DNA of 64,000 bases from Lachnospiraceae bacterium (GCA_019423745.1 JAHZAV010000010.1:4727-68726); one strand, 5' to 3'; shown: positions 9,329-19,956, counted from the first letter of the stretch. Notes: generated by a model from the sequence alone, not told the origin. Numbers and translations are program-made.

Positions 9329-11392
9329 ATGGATAAAGTATATATGAACAGGGAATTATCCTGGTTAAAATTTAACGAAAGAGTATTAGAAGAGGCAGAA
9401 AATAGAGAGGTACCACTGTGTGAGAGGCTATCTTTTGTTTCTATTTATCAAAGTAATCTGGATGAATTTTTTATGGTTCGTGTTGGTTCTTTGCAGGATC
9501 AGAGTCTTCTTGGTAAAAAAATACGAGACAATAAGACGAATATGACGGCAAAAGAACAAATTACAGAAATTTTGAATAGAGTACATGTTTTAAACGAGCG
9601 TCGTGACAAGGTATATGACGAACTGATGAGAAATCTGAGAGAATGGGATTTTGCTATTACAGATTTTAGAAACATTGAAAAAAGTGAAAGTGCTTATATG
9701 GCAAAATATTTTTCAATGGAGATGGAACCTTTAATTTCCCCCACAGTAGTAGGAAAACGCCAACCATTTCCGTTCCTTAGAAATAAAGAAATTTATGCAG
9801 TAGCTGTGCTGGAAACAAAGAGCGGAAAGCAGAGAATAGGCATTATTCCCTGTACGAATAATATGCTGGAGAGGCTGATTGCAATTCCAGGCAGACCAGG
9901 TACTTACATGCTGGCTGAAGAGCTGATTCTGCATTATATGCCAAAGGTATTCAAAGGTTATCAAATTAAGGCAAAATCATTAATTCGTGTGACCAGAAAT
10001 GCAGACATTGATGCGGATGCTTTATATGATGAGGATCTGGATTACCGAGAATTTATGGCAGATCTGATTAAAAAGAGAAAGAAACTGTCACCTGTCAGAC
10101 TTGAGCTTTCCAGAGAAATGGATGGTGATATCGTTGAGATTCTTTGTAAGTATCTGGATTTGGAGGAAGCCAGAGTATTTCGTCAAAGTACGCCGCTTGA
10201 TATGTCTTTTATATCCCAAATTCAGGATATGTTAAGAAAAAACCCGCAACTGTTTTTTGAAAGGAGAACGCCACAGAAGTCGACTTCCTTTGAAGACGGG
10301 AGGGGAATTATGGAACAAATTCGTGAATCGGATAAAATGCTTTCCTATCCCTATGAATCTATCCGCCCATTTTTAAGAATGCTAAATGAGGCTGCAGAGG
10401 ACGAGAGCGTAGTTTCTATTAAAATGACACTTTATCGGTTGGCAAAACAAAGTAAAGTAGTAGAAGCCTTGGTAGAAGCGGCTGAAAACGGAAAAGAAGT
10501 AGTCGTTCTGGTAGAGTTGCGTGCAAGATTTGATGAAGAAAATAATATTGAATGGTCAAGGCGCCTGGAAGAAGCAGGATGTCAGGTGATCTATGGACTG
10601 GAAGGGTATAAAGTTCATTCTAAACTTTGCCTTATTACAAGGAAAATAGAAGGGAAAATCGAGTATATCACTCAGATTGGGACAGGCAATTATAATGAAA
10701 AAACCTCTAGACTGTATACAGATCTCTCCCTTTTAACGGCAAATCCGGATATCGGAATGGAAGCAGCAGGAGTATTCCAGGCTTTGTCAAAAGGTGAGAC
10801 TGTAGAGAGGAGTCAATATCTTTTAGTAGCTCCAAAATGTCTTCAGTCCCGTATCATGGATATGATAGATGAAGAAATAAAACATGCAAAGGAAGGACAG
10901 AAAGCTTATATTGGATTAAAGTTAAATTCTTTGACAGATAAAAAAATTATTGATAAACTAAGAGAAGCATCAGAAGCTGGAGTGAAGATTGACATGGTGA
11001 TTCGAGGTATTTGCTGCCTGCTTCCGCAGATAGAAGGAAAAACAGAAAATATTCGTGTAATCAGTATTGTGGGAAGATACTTGGAGCATTCCAGAATCTA
11101 TATTTTCGGATGCGGAGAGAGAGCAAAATACTATATTGCTTCAGCAGATTTTATGACACGAAACACAGTGCGGAGAGTGGAAGTAGCAGCTCCTGTATTT
11201 CAGAAAAATCTGAAAGAGAGACTTCAGGGAATGTTTGATCTTATGCTGAAAGATAATCAAAAAGCGCGGTATGAAACAGCTGACGGCACGTATCTCTTTG
11301 TTAACAGAGAAAATCCAGAAGAGGAAAAAGTAAATTCGCAGGAATATTTTTATAAGGAAGCATATGAAAAAGCAGGTCAGAACATAAGATAA
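9329..11392 (+). CDS. ppk1: Polyphosphate kinase 1
   Basis: NRELSWLKFNERVL, NLDEFFMVRV, ELRARFDEENN, KVHSK, GTGNYN, GRYLEHSR, SADFMTRN. Confidence 0.96.
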   Translation: MDKVYMNRELSWLKFNERVLEEAENREVPLCERLSFVSIYQSNLDEFFMVRVGSLQDQSLLGKKIRDNKTNMTAKEQITEILNRVHVLNERRDKVYDELMRNLREWDFAITDFRNIEKSESAYMAKYFSMEMEPLISPTVVGKRQPFPFLRNKEIYAVAVLETKSGKQRIGIIPCTNNMLERLIAIPGRPGTYMLAEELILHYMPKVFKGYQIKAKSLIRVTRNADIDADALYDEDLDYREFMADLIKKRKKLSPVRLELSREMDGDIVEILCKYLDLEEARVFRQSTPLDMSFISQIQDMLRKNPQLFFERRTPQKSTSFEDGRGIMEQIRESDKMLSYPYESIRPFLRMLNEAAEDESVVSIKMTLYRLAKQSKVVEALVEAAENGKEVVVLVELRARFDEENNIEWSRRLEEAGCQVIYGLEGYKVHSKLCLITRKIEGKIEYITQIGTGNYNEKTSRLYTDLSLLTANPDIGMEAAGVFQALSKGETVERSQYLLVAPKCLQSRIMDMIDEEIKHAKEGQKAYIGLKLNSLTDKKIIDKLREASEAGVKIDMVIRGICCLLPQIEGKTENIRVISIVGRYLEHSRIYIFGCGERAKYYIASADFMTRNTVRRVEVAAPVFQKNLKERLQGMFDLMLKDNQKARYETADGTYLFVNRENPEEEKVNSQEYFYKEAYEKAGQNIR

Positions 11393-11405
11393 GAGTGGTG
11401 GTAGG

Positions 11406-12317
11406 ATGATATGGAAACTTGGAGAAAGGCTGGAACAGATTGAAGCAGAAACATGGAAGCAGACAAAGCCTCCGGCAGTATTTCTCACTGATTCCAAAAA
11501 TGCACGTCAGGATTTGGAGATGGCGGGTATACAGTATGAAAATGAAATACAGACGAATAAGATCGGTTTCTGTAAATTAGAAACACAGCAGGAATGCCTG
11601 GCGGGTACACTTTGTATTCCCAGGCTTTTAGACGTGCTTGGAAGCAGATACCGAATTTACTTTTTCATTAATCAGGATCATGTTGTACTGGTAGATGATG
11701 AGGATTTTTCTTTGAGATTGATACGAAGAATTAAAAGAAAAAAAGCTCATCAAGGTGAGACTAAGGAAAGATTTATTTATAATTTTATAGCTGAATTTAT
11801 GAGTAGGGATCAGGAAATTTTGATGCAGTACGAGAAAATCCTTATGCACATGGAAGAAGAGGTTATGCAGGGGAAAATTGACAATTTTCAGAAGGAATTG
11901 ATGCCTATACGAAGAAAGCTTTTGACACTTCGGGGATATTATGATGAAATGATGGATATGGGTACTGATCTGGAGGAAAACGAGAACGGTTTTTTCGCCA
12001 AGAAACAACTGAAATATTTTGGAACCCTGGCTAATCGAGCAGATCGTCTGATGGGGCGGACAGCACACCTTTTAGAATATGCACAGCAAGTAAGAGATTT
12101 GTATCAGGCACAGGTGGATGCAAAACAGAACAATAATATGCAATTTTTGACTGTTTTGTCCACCATTTTCTTTCCTCTTACGTTAATTACCGGGTGGTAT
12201 GGCATGAATTTTGAAAACATGCCGGAACTACAAAGCGGATATCCCGGTGTGATTATACTTAGCCTGATAGTTATTATCGTTTGTATTTTAATTTTTAAAA
12301 AGAAAAAGATTCTTTAG
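11406..12317 (+). CDS. corA: CorA family Mg2+/divalent cation transporter
   Basis: YGMNFENMPEL signature between two C-terminal TM helices. Confidence 0.9.
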   Translation: MIWKLGERLEQIEAETWKQTKPPAVFLTDSKNARQDLEMAGIQYENEIQTNKIGFCKLETQQECLAGTLCIPRLLDVLGSRYRIYFFINQDHVVLVDDEDFSLRLIRRIKRKKAHQGETKERFIYNFIAEFMSRDQEILMQYEKILMHMEEEVMQGKIDNFQKELMPIRRKLLTLRGYYDEMMDMGTDLEENENGFFAKKQLKYFGTLANRADRLMGRTAHLLEYAQQVRDLYQAQVDAKQNNNMQFLTVLSTIFFPLTLITGWYGMNFENMPELQSGYPGVIILSLIVIIVCILIFKKKKIL

Positions 12318-12353
12318 ACCAGTAAAAAGGTTGGTATATGAACAGAATATACG

Positions 12354-14276
12354 TTATTCCTGGGAGGCAAGAGCCTCCCATTTTTCATATAATTCCTCCA
12401 GTTTAGCTGCAATATCAGCCTTCTCTCTGGCAAGTTCCTGGCAGCGCATGGAATTAGTATAGACCTCTTCCATGGTCATTAAATCATCAATCTGTCCATT
12501 TCTTTCCTCAAGAGAAGTAATGTGGTCCTCAGTTTTTTTCAGATCATTTTGTCTTTTACGTTCACGAGCCTTTGCTTCTTTTTGTTCCTGCCAGCTTAAT
12601 TTGGATTCAGATACTGTTTCAGTAGAATCGATACTATCACAGACAGAAGTTGTGGTATATGCAGCGGTAAGTTCCTCACGCTTTTCCAGATAATAATCAT
12701 AGTTACCGATATAATTGATGAAAGTCTGGTTGACCAATTCCAGAATCCGGGTGGCTGTCTGATTAATAAAATATCGGTCATGAGATACATAGAGAACAGT
12801 ACCACTGTAGTTGTTAAGGGCATTTTCCAGAATTTCCTTGGATGCAATATCCAGATGATTAGTAGGCTCGTCGAGGATGAGGAAATTCGCTTCGGAAAGC
12901 ATAAGTTTTGCCAGGGAGACACGTCCGCGTTCTCCACCGCTTAAATCACCAATCAGTTTAAAAACATCGTCTCCTGTAAAGAGGAAAGCAGCAAGCATAT
13001 TACGAATTTCTGTATTGGTAAGGGAAGGATAGTCATCAGAAATTTCTTCAAATACCGTTTTTTCCATATGCAGAACATGATGTTCCTGATCATAGTAACC
13101 AATATGGACATTTGTTCCTAGCGTAAAACTCCCACTGTCAGCAGGCAGAACCCGGTTCAGGATTTTCAGAAGCGTTGTTTTTCCAGTTCCGTTATCTCCA
13201 ATTACTGCAACGTGTTCTCCACGTTTGATTTCAAAGTTGATATCCTTAAAAAGAGGCTGGCCGGGAAACGATTTACTTAAGTGTTCCACAGAAAGGACAT
13301 CATTTCCGCTGACGCAAGATGGTTCTAATACCAGGTGAATATCCGTCTTTTGCTCTACAGGTTTTTCAATACGCTCTATTTTCTCCAGCATTTTCTCGCG
13401 GCTTTCTGCTCGTTTGATTGATTTTTCTCTGTTGAAGGAGCGAAGCTTTTCAATGACTGCTTCCTGATGGCGGATTTCCTGTTGCTGATTAAGATATTCC
13501 TTCATTTTAGCTTCACGGATTTGCTGCTTTTTATGGGAATAGTCTGTATAATTTCCCAGATAAGTCATAATGGCACCTTGTTCAATTTCAATTACTTTTG
13601 TGACCACTTTATTAAGAAAATACCGGTCATGAGAAACGATGAGTACAGCGCCTGTATAGTTGAGAAGATATGTCTCCAGCCAAGAGATGGAATGGAGATC
13701 CAGGTGGTTAGTAGGCTCATCCAGAAGAAGGACATCCGGTTTGGTTAAAAGTAATTTTCCTAATGCGACCCGTGTTTTCTGTCCACCGGAGAGTGTGTCT
13801 ACCGGTTTGGAAAATTCACCTTCTGCAAATCCAAGTCCTTTAAGAACGCCCGTAATTTCACTTTCATATGCATAACCGTTTTCACGATCAAAACGATCTG
13901 ATAGTCGGTGATAGGTATTTAAACGTTCATTAAGAGTTTCTCCTGTAAGAGAAGGAAGCTCCTGTTCGATTCGGCGGATTTCTTTTTCCAAGGCAATGAT
14001 ATCTGCTTTGGCGGTACGTACTTCTTCATAAATCGTATTTCCACTGGCAAGTTCCTGATGCTGGGAAAGGTAGCCCAAAGATTTTCCTTTTGCCAAAGTA
14101 ACATTACCGGCGTCAAGGGGCAGTTCTCCAACTATCATTTTAAGTATAGTTGATTTACCGGCTCCATTGATGCCAACAAGAGCTGCTTTTTCATGTTCCT
14201 CTATATGAAAGGAACCATTTTTTACAATGATATCCTCTCCAAATGCTTTTTCTATTGAATGACATGCTAGTATCAT
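12354..14276 (-). CDS. ABC-F family ribosome-associated ATPase (YdiF-like)
   Basis: Two ABC cassettes (GINGAGKS, GDNGTGKT; LSGGQ, LSGGE; two LDEPTNHLD), no TM domain, C-terminal coiled coil; GGAGG RBS before ATG at 14276; divergent from rex. Confidence 0.92.
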   Translation of the reverse strand: MILACHSIEKAFGEDIIVKNGSFHIEEHEKAALVGINGAGKSTILKMIVGELPLDAGNVTLAKGKSLGYLSQHQELASGNTIYEEVRTAKADIIALEKEIRRIEQELPSLTGETLNERLNTYHRLSDRFDRENGYAYESEITGVLKGLGFAEGEFSKPVDTLSGGQKTRVALGKLLLTKPDVLLLDEPTNHLDLHSISWLETYLLNYTGAVLIVSHDRYFLNKVVTKVIEIEQGAIMTYLGNYTDYSHKKQQIREAKMKEYLNQQQEIRHQEAVIEKLRSFNREKSIKRAESREKMLEKIERIEKPVEQKTDIHLVLEPSCVSGNDVLSVEHLSKSFPGQPLFKDINFEIKRGEHVAVIGDNGTGKTTLLKILNRVLPADSGSFTLGTNVHIGYYDQEHHVLHMEKTVFEEISDDYPSLTNTEIRNMLAAFLFTGDDVFKLIGDLSGGERGRVSLAKLMLSEANFLILDEPTNHLDIASKEILENALNNYSGTVLYVSHDRYFINQTATRILELVNQTFINYIGNYDYYLEKREELTAAYTTTSVCDSIDSTETVSESKLSWQEQKEAKARERKRQNDLKKTEDHITSLEERNGQIDDLMTMEEVYTNSMRCQELAREKADIAAKLEELYEKWEALASQE

Positions 14277-14370
14277 ATGATATACCTCCGGGACTATTAT
14301 ATCGGTGAACTGGATAAGTGTCAATTTATAAGAAAACTAAATAACTAAACCAACTTTTCCGAACAAAAAT

Positions 14371-14399
14371 TTGACTTTGAACAAACAATTCTATATAAT
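14371..14399 (+). promoter_or_regulatory. SigA promoter of rex
   Basis: TTGACT-17-TATAAT. Confidence 0.7.
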
Positions 14400-14431
14400 G
14401 TGTTTAGAAAAAGATTGAGAAGGTGAGAAGA

Positions 14432-15082
14432 GTGGAAAGCAGAGAAATTTCGCAGGCGGTAATACGGAGGCTTCCAAGATATTACAGGTATTTAGGAGAA
14501 CTGCTTGAAAATGGGGTAGAGCGTATCTCTTCAAATGATTTAAGCAAGAGAATGCAAGTAACTGCATCTCAGATTCGGCAGGATTTAAATAATTTTGGTG
14601 GTTTTGGCCAGCAGGGATATGGATATAATGTGAAATATCTATATACGGAGATAGGAAAGATCCTAGGCTTGGAAGAAGAACATGGTATGATTATTATTGG
14701 AGCAGGAAATTTGGGGCATGCTCTGGCAAATCATGCAGGTTTTGAAAAGAGAGGATTTGTGCTAAAAGGTATTTTTGATATTAATCCTACTTTACGGGGA
14801 ATGACAATTCGTGGTGTGCCTATTTACATGATGGATGAACTGGAAGATTTTGTGAAGAATAGCGATATTGAAATCGGAATCCTCACCATACCAAAGACAA
14901 AGGCAATTGAAGTTGCCAATCAATTGGTAGACTATGGAGTAAAAGCAATCTGGAATTTTGCCCATACAGATTTAAATCTGCCAGATAACGTGATTGTAGA
15001 GAATGTCCATTTGTCAGAAAGTCTGATGAGATTATCCTATAACATTAGCCGTTATAATGAGGAACATAAAACTGAAAAATAG
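14432..15082 (+). CDS. rex: Redox-sensing repressor Rex
   Basis: RRLPRYYRYL, QIRQDL, FGQQGYGY, IGAGNLG, AIWNFA; GTG start (alternative 14423). Confidence 0.96.
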   Translation: MESREISQAVIRRLPRYYRYLGELLENGVERISSNDLSKRMQVTASQIRQDLNNFGGFGQQGYGYNVKYLYTEIGKILGLEEEHGMIIIGAGNLGHALANHAGFEKRGFVLKGIFDINPTLRGMTIRGVPIYMMDELEDFVKNSDIEIGILTIPKTKAIEVANQLVDYGVKAIWNFAHTDLNLPDNVIVENVHLSESLMRLSYNISRYNEEHKTEK

Positions 15083-15106
15083 CGGAAACATTACAGCGTG
15101 TGAGGT

Positions 15107-15147
15107 AAGCGTGTGCGAAAGGACAGGCTTTCTTTACACGTTTTTTT
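15107..15147 (+). terminator. Probable terminator after rex
   Basis: Imperfect hairpin AAGCGTGTGCGAAAG...CTTTCTTTACACGTT followed by a T run. Confidence 0.5.
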
Positions 15148-15176
15148 AAAAAATTAATAAAAGGGGGCTGGATAAT

Positions 15177-16676
15177 ATGAAATATTTGCCGGATGGAAGA
15201 CAGATGAAAGCAGCGGATGGATTTACAATACGGGAGAAAAAGATGCCATCCCTTATTCTGATGGAGAGGGCAGCAAGGACATTTGTGGAAACCATATGTG
15301 AGATGGAAGCAGATCTGTCAGAGGTATGTGTTGTATGTGGATCCGGAAATAATGGAGGAGGCGGATTTGCTATTGCAAGACTTTTATTGGAAAGAGGAGC
15401 AAAAGTGACAGCCTTTATGGTGGGAAATTCTGACCATTGTACAGAAGAAACGACTAGGCAAATCCAGCTTTTTCAGGAAGCAGGAGGAATTATCGAAGAA
15501 GGATTTACAGAAAGAAAGTGCAGCCTGCTAATTGATGCAGTGTTTGGAGCAGGGCTGAGCAGACGAGTAGAGGGTACTTATTTGGAATGTATTCAGTCGA
15601 TGAACCGATCAGAAGGGTGGAAAGTGGCTGTCGATATTCCCTCCGGCGTTTCTACATCTACCGGGGCTGTTGCGACTGATGCTTTCCGTGCAGATCTGAC
15701 CATCAGCTTCCAATGCGAAAAACTCGGATGCGCTCTTTATCCGGGAAGAGAATTTGCAGGAGAAGTTAAAGTGACGGATATAGGAGTAGATGTATCTGGA
15801 ATGCCAGGGGATCGAGATGTAGCCTATGCACTGGAACCTGCAGATATTGCTGAAATGTTGCCAAAACGCAGAGAAAATTCTCACAAAGGAAATTATGGAA
15901 AGGTTTTAATTATTGCTGGAAGCAAGGGAATGGCTGGAGCGGCATATTTAGGAGCATTGGCAGCTTATAATACGGGAGCTGGTCTTGTGCAGATCTATAC
16001 CCCTGAAGATAATAGGGTTATACTGCAGACTCTTTTGCCGGAAGCTATTATCCGTTGTTATGATTTCTTTGATGAACGAGAACTTCTACAGCTTTTGAAA
16101 TGGGCTGATGTGGTAAGCATTGGGTCTGGTCTTGGAACCAGTGATAAATCCAGAAGAATTTTGCAGACAACCATTGAAAATGTGGAAGTCCCTTGTATTA
16201 TAGATGCTGATGGATTAAATCTTTTATCTGAACATAGCCGATATATGAAAAAGCTTGCCCGCGGTCAGTTTATTTTTACCCCACATATGAAGGAAATGTC
16301 CAGGATTACAAGAAAGTCAGTAGAAGAGCTGCAAAGCAGTCGGATGGAAATATTAAAACAGTTTGCCGGAGAATATGATATTACGTGCGTATTAAAAGAT
16401 GCCCGTACTTGTATTTTCAGCCCGGGGGAACATCCATTTGTGAATTTGTCTGGAAATGCAGCTATGGCAAAGGCAGGAAGTGGAGATGTTCTTGCCGGAG
16501 TTATTACAGGTTTTCTTGCCCAAAAGATGTCTTGCTTTGATGCTGCCGTGCTTGGAGTTTACATTCATGGGCTGGCAGGAGATGAGGCTAAAAAATTAAA
16601 AGGAAGCTACAGCGTACTAGCCAGAGATCTGGCAGAAAATATAGGGACTGTTTTAAAAAGACTGGAGGAAAAATAG
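15177..16676 (+). CDS. nnr: Bifunctional NAD(P)H-hydrate epimerase/dehydratase
   Basis: YjeF_N (LMERAA, GNNGG, AVDIPSG) plus carbohydrate-kinase-fold domain (HKGNYG, DADGL, TPH, AGSGDVLAG). Confidence 0.92.
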   Translation: MKYLPDGRQMKAADGFTIREKKMPSLILMERAARTFVETICEMEADLSEVCVVCGSGNNGGGGFAIARLLLERGAKVTAFMVGNSDHCTEETTRQIQLFQEAGGIIEEGFTERKCSLLIDAVFGAGLSRRVEGTYLECIQSMNRSEGWKVAVDIPSGVSTSTGAVATDAFRADLTISFQCEKLGCALYPGREFAGEVKVTDIGVDVSGMPGDRDVAYALEPADIAEMLPKRRENSHKGNYGKVLIIAGSKGMAGAAYLGALAAYNTGAGLVQIYTPEDNRVILQTLLPEAIIRCYDFFDERELLQLLKWADVVSIGSGLGTSDKSRRILQTTIENVEVPCIIDADGLNLLSEHSRYMKKLARGQFIFTPHMKEMSRITRKSVEELQSSRMEILKQFAGEYDITCVLKDARTCIFSPGEHPFVNLSGNAAMAKAGSGDVLAGVITGFLAQKMSCFDAAVLGVYIHGLAGDEAKKLKGSYSVLARDLAENIGTVLKRLEEK

Positions 16677-16677
16677 A

Positions 16678-17847
16678 ATGAAAAATTACAGCAGAGTTTG
16701 CGCTCGAATAGATTTGGATGCAGTGGAATATAATCTGGATATGATGAAACGGAACATTATGGAAGAGACCAAAATGATTGGCGTGGTCAAGACGGATGGA
16801 TACGGACATGGCGCTTCGCAGATTGCCAAATATGTTATGGAAAATAAGGATTATATTTGGGGATATGCCGTTGCTACATTAGATGAGGCTGTTTTACTGA
16901 AAAAGAATAATATAAAAAAGCCAATTCTTGTTCTGGGATGCATTTTCCCAGATCAACGGGACGATATGATACAGCATGAAATAAGAATGACCTGCTATAC
17001 TTTGGAAATGGCTAAGGATGTTTCTGAGAGAGCAGAACGACTAAATAAAAAAGCTTATATCCATATTAAGTTGGATACAGGAATGTCCAGGCTGGGCTTC
17101 CAGATTACAGAAGAGGGTGTGGAGGAGATATGTCAGATTGCTGCTTTGCCTAACCTGGTGCTTGAAGGAATGTATTCTCATTTTGCTACAGCAGATGAGA
17201 CAGATAAAACTTTTACTAAAAAGCAGTTAGAACGTTACAACTGGATGAAGACGAGACTGGAAGATCAACAGATTACGTTCCAGTATTATCATTGCTCCAA
17301 CAGTGCCGGTATCATAGATGTAAAGGAAGCGAATATGGATCTTGTAAGAGCAGGTATTTCTATTTATGGATTGTATCCATCTGCGGAAGTAGAAAAGAAG
17401 AATGTGCCTCTTAAACCGGCTCTAGAACTGATTACTCATGTGGCCCATGTAAAATGGGTGGATGAAGGAACTACAGTCAGCTATGGCTGTACTTATGTGA
17501 CCAAAAAAAGAACCAAAATTGCGACCATTCCGGTGGGATATGGAGACGGTTATCCGAGAAGCCTCTCTAATAAAGGATATGTCCTGATTCATGGAAAGAA
17601 AGCAGCAATTTTGGGGCGTGTATGTATGGATCAGTTTATGGTTGATGTTACAGAAATAGAAGATGTAAAATTTGGGGACAGAGTAACTTTAGTGGGAGCG
17701 GATCAAGGCGAAGAACTTCCGGTAGAAATTCTGAGTGATCTGTCCGGCAGATTCAATTATGAGTTTGTGTGTGATCTTGGGAAAAGAATACCAAGAGAAT
17801 TTATCCGGCACGGAAAAGTTGTTGAGCAAATGGACTATTTTGCATAG
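16678..17847 (+). CDS. alr: Alanine racemase
   Basis: VVKTDGYGHG, KLDTGMSRLG, SHFATAD, PVGYGDG, GRVCMDQ. Confidence 0.96.
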   Translation: MKNYSRVCARIDLDAVEYNLDMMKRNIMEETKMIGVVKTDGYGHGASQIAKYVMENKDYIWGYAVATLDEAVLLKKNNIKKPILVLGCIFPDQRDDMIQHEIRMTCYTLEMAKDVSERAERLNKKAYIHIKLDTGMSRLGFQITEEGVEEICQIAALPNLVLEGMYSHFATADETDKTFTKKQLERYNWMKTRLEDQQITFQYYHCSNSAGIIDVKEANMDLVRAGISIYGLYPSAEVEKKNVPLKPALELITHVAHVKWVDEGTTVSYGCTYVTKKRTKIATIPVGYGDGYPRSLSNKGYVLIHGKKAAILGRVCMDQFMVDVTEIEDVKFGDRVTLVGADQGEELPVEILSDLSGRFNYEFVCDLGKRIPREFIRHGKVVEQMDYFA

Positions 17848-17869
17848 AATCCTAATGATGCATACTTTG

Positions 17870-17898
17870 GAATACATTCGAAAAAGCTGGCAATACTA
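17870..17898 (+). promoter_or_regulatory. Possible forespore (SigG/SigF-type) promoter for mazF
   Basis: GAATA(17870)-17-AATACTA, preceded by GGC; same pattern as the tepA and spoIVB promoters. Confidence 0.4.
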
Positions 17899-17932
17899 GA
17901 AATATCTTAAGCAAATCGGAGTGTGAACAAAG

Positions 17933-18280
17933 GTGCAGGTGAAGCGAGGAGACATTTATTATGCAGATTTAAGTCCGGTAGTAGGGTCCGAACAAGGAGG
18001 AGTGAGACCAGTACTGATTATTCAGAACAATATTGGAAACAGACACAGTCCTACTGTCATATGTGCAGCCATTACATCACGCATGAATAAGGCAAAACTT
18101 CCAACGCATGTGGAGATAGATGCCGGCAGATATCAGATTGTAAAAAATTCTGTTATATTGCTGGAACAGATAAGAACTATTGATAAAAGAAGGCTGAAGG
18201 ATATGGTGTGCCATTTGGATAAAGAACTAATGAATAAAGTCGATGAAGCATTGAAAATTAGTTTTGAGCTTCATACATAA
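17933..18280 (+). CDS. mazF: MazF/PemK (EndoA-like) mRNA interferase
   Basis: [46 protein letters not shown]; downstream of alr as in Firmicutes. Confidence 0.93.
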   Translation: MQVKRGDIYYADLSPVVGSEQGGVRPVLIIQNNIGNRHSPTVICAAITSRMNKAKLPTHVEIDAGRYQIVKNSVILLEQIRTIDKRRLKDMVCHLDKELMNKVDEALKISFELHT

Positions 18281-18307
18281 TAGCAAAGGAGCAGGAGACG
18301 AAAAATT

Positions 18308-19102
18308 ATGGAAGAAGGCAGTTTGTTTCAGAGGATGAAACAGATTTTTCAAGGAGATGATGAAGAAAAAGAAGCTTTGGGGCAGGAGGCTGCAGAGCTG
18401 ATACGTAATATTTTCCGTTATATGGATAAGGACGCCAAGGATATTATGACTCACAGGCGTGATATTGTGGCTATAGATGGGGAAGAAACCTTAGAGGAAG
18501 CTTTGAAATTTATGCTTGAAGAGAGTTATTCCAGATTCCCTATCTATCATGAAGATATAGATGGGATTATTGGAACCATGCATCTTAGAGAGGCAATGAG
18601 GTGTTATTTCGATAAAGAACAGAGGCAAAAGCCAGTCAGAGAACTGGAAGATTACATACGTCCGGTTACATTTATCCCAGAGACAAAGAGTATTGATACA
18701 TTGTTTAAAGAAATGCAGGCTGGAAAACAACATGTTGTAATTGTACTGGATGAGTATGGCCAGACAGCAGGGCTTGTGGCAATGGAAGATATTCTGGAAG
18801 AGATTGTAGGAAATATTCTTGATGAGTATGACGAAGAAGAGGAAATGCTGACACAAAGCGCAGACGGCTCTATGTTGGCCAATGGTTTTATGGATCTGGA
18901 AGATCTGGAAGACAGCTTAAAGATCAGTTTCGACAAAGAAGAATATGAAACTTTGAATGGATTCCTTATTGATCAGTTAGATCGGATACCGGCAGAAGAT
19001 GAGCACTGTGCAGTAGAGTACGAAGGATATTGTTTTACAATTCTTTCTGTGGACAATAATGCAATTCAATCAGTTAAGATTGAAAAAATATCCAAGGAGT
19101 GA
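18308..19102 (+). CDS. CBS-pair plus CorC/HlyC domain protein
   Basis: DIMTHRRDIV, YSRFPIY, LDEYGQTAGLVAMEDILEEIVGNILDEYD, ETLNGF; no N-terminal TM domain. Confidence 0.85.
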   Translation: MEEGSLFQRMKQIFQGDDEEKEALGQEAAELIRNIFRYMDKDAKDIMTHRRDIVAIDGEETLEEALKFMLEESYSRFPIYHEDIDGIIGTMHLREAMRCYFDKEQRQKPVRELEDYIRPVTFIPETKSIDTLFKEMQAGKQHVVIVLDEYGQTAGLVAMEDILEEIVGNILDEYDEEEEMLTQSADGSMLANGFMDLEDLEDSLKISFDKEEYETLNGFLIDQLDRIPAEDEHCAVEYEGYCFTILSVDNNAIQSVKIEKISKE

Positions 19103-19215
19103 TAGAATAGAAAAAGTGTGAATAGTGTCTGAGAGTAAAGACAACTTATTGTATTTGAGGTAGATTGTTTTTCATTCAGATACTGAAAAGGATAAATGCA
19201 AGGAGAGAGAAGAAC

Positions 19216-19947
19216 ATGTCAGGACATTCAAAGTTTGCCAATATTAAACATAAAAAGGAAAAAAATGATGCAGCAAAGGGTAAGATTTTTACGAAGATTG
19301 GGAAAGAGCTGGCAGTAGCAGTCAAAGAAGGCGGAAGCGCTGATCCAGCTAATAACAGCAGACTTCGGGATGTTATTGCGAAGGCAAAAGCCAACAATAT
19401 GCCCAATGATACAATCGAAAGAAATATTAAGAAGGCAGATGGAGATGCTAACTCTGCTAATTATGAATATATTACATATGAAGGATATGGACCGGGAGGA
19501 ACAGCGATTATCGTAGAAGCGCTTACAGATAATAAGAATCGTACTGCTTCTAATGTAAAAAGTGCATTTACAAAGGGAAGCGGAAATGTAGGAACTCCTG
19601 GATGTGTGTCATTTATGTTTGACAAAAAAGGTCAGATTATTGTTGCAAAAGAAGAGTACGAAGGAGATGCAGATGATCTGATGATGCAGGCATTGGACGC
19701 TGGGGCTGAAGATTTTGCAGAAGAGGAAGACAGCTATGAAATATTGACAGCGCCGGAAGATTTCAGTGCAGTTCGTCTTGCTTTGGAAGAAGCAGGAATT
19801 GTTATGGCACAGGCAGAAGTAACAATGATTCCACAGACATGGGTGGAATTATCAGATGAAAAAGATATTCAGAATATTCAAAAGACATTGGATCTTCTGG
19901 ATGACGACGATGATGTACAGGACGTTTACCATAACTGGGACGCGTAG
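19216..19947 (+). CDS. yebC: YebC/PmpR family protein
   Basis: [40 protein letters not shown]. Confidence 0.95.
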   Translation: MSGHSKFANIKHKKEKNDAAKGKIFTKIGKELAVAVKEGGSADPANNSRLRDVIAKAKANNMPNDTIERNIKKADGDANSANYEYITYEGYGPGGTAIIVEALTDNKNRTASNVKSAFTKGSGNVGTPGCVSFMFDKKGQIIVAKEEYEGDADDLMMQALDAGAEDFAEEEDSYEILTAPEDFSAVRLALEEAGIVMAQAEVTMIPQTWVELSDEKDIQNIQKTLDLLDDDDDVQDVYHNWDA

Positions 19948-19956
19948 GTGACTTTT

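Noticed and set aside
12354..14276. ABC-F as an antibiotic resistance gene
   Set aside because: Sits in the housekeeping position divergent from rex, with no mobile context or leader peptide.
15095..15115. Direct repeat AGCGTGTG x2 after rex
   Set aside because: Only 8 bp, and partly within the terminator arm.
18308..19102. CBS/CorC gene as a hemolysin or as the MazF antitoxin
   Set aside because: Ordinary Mg2+-homeostasis-type CBS-CorC protein with no antitoxin features.
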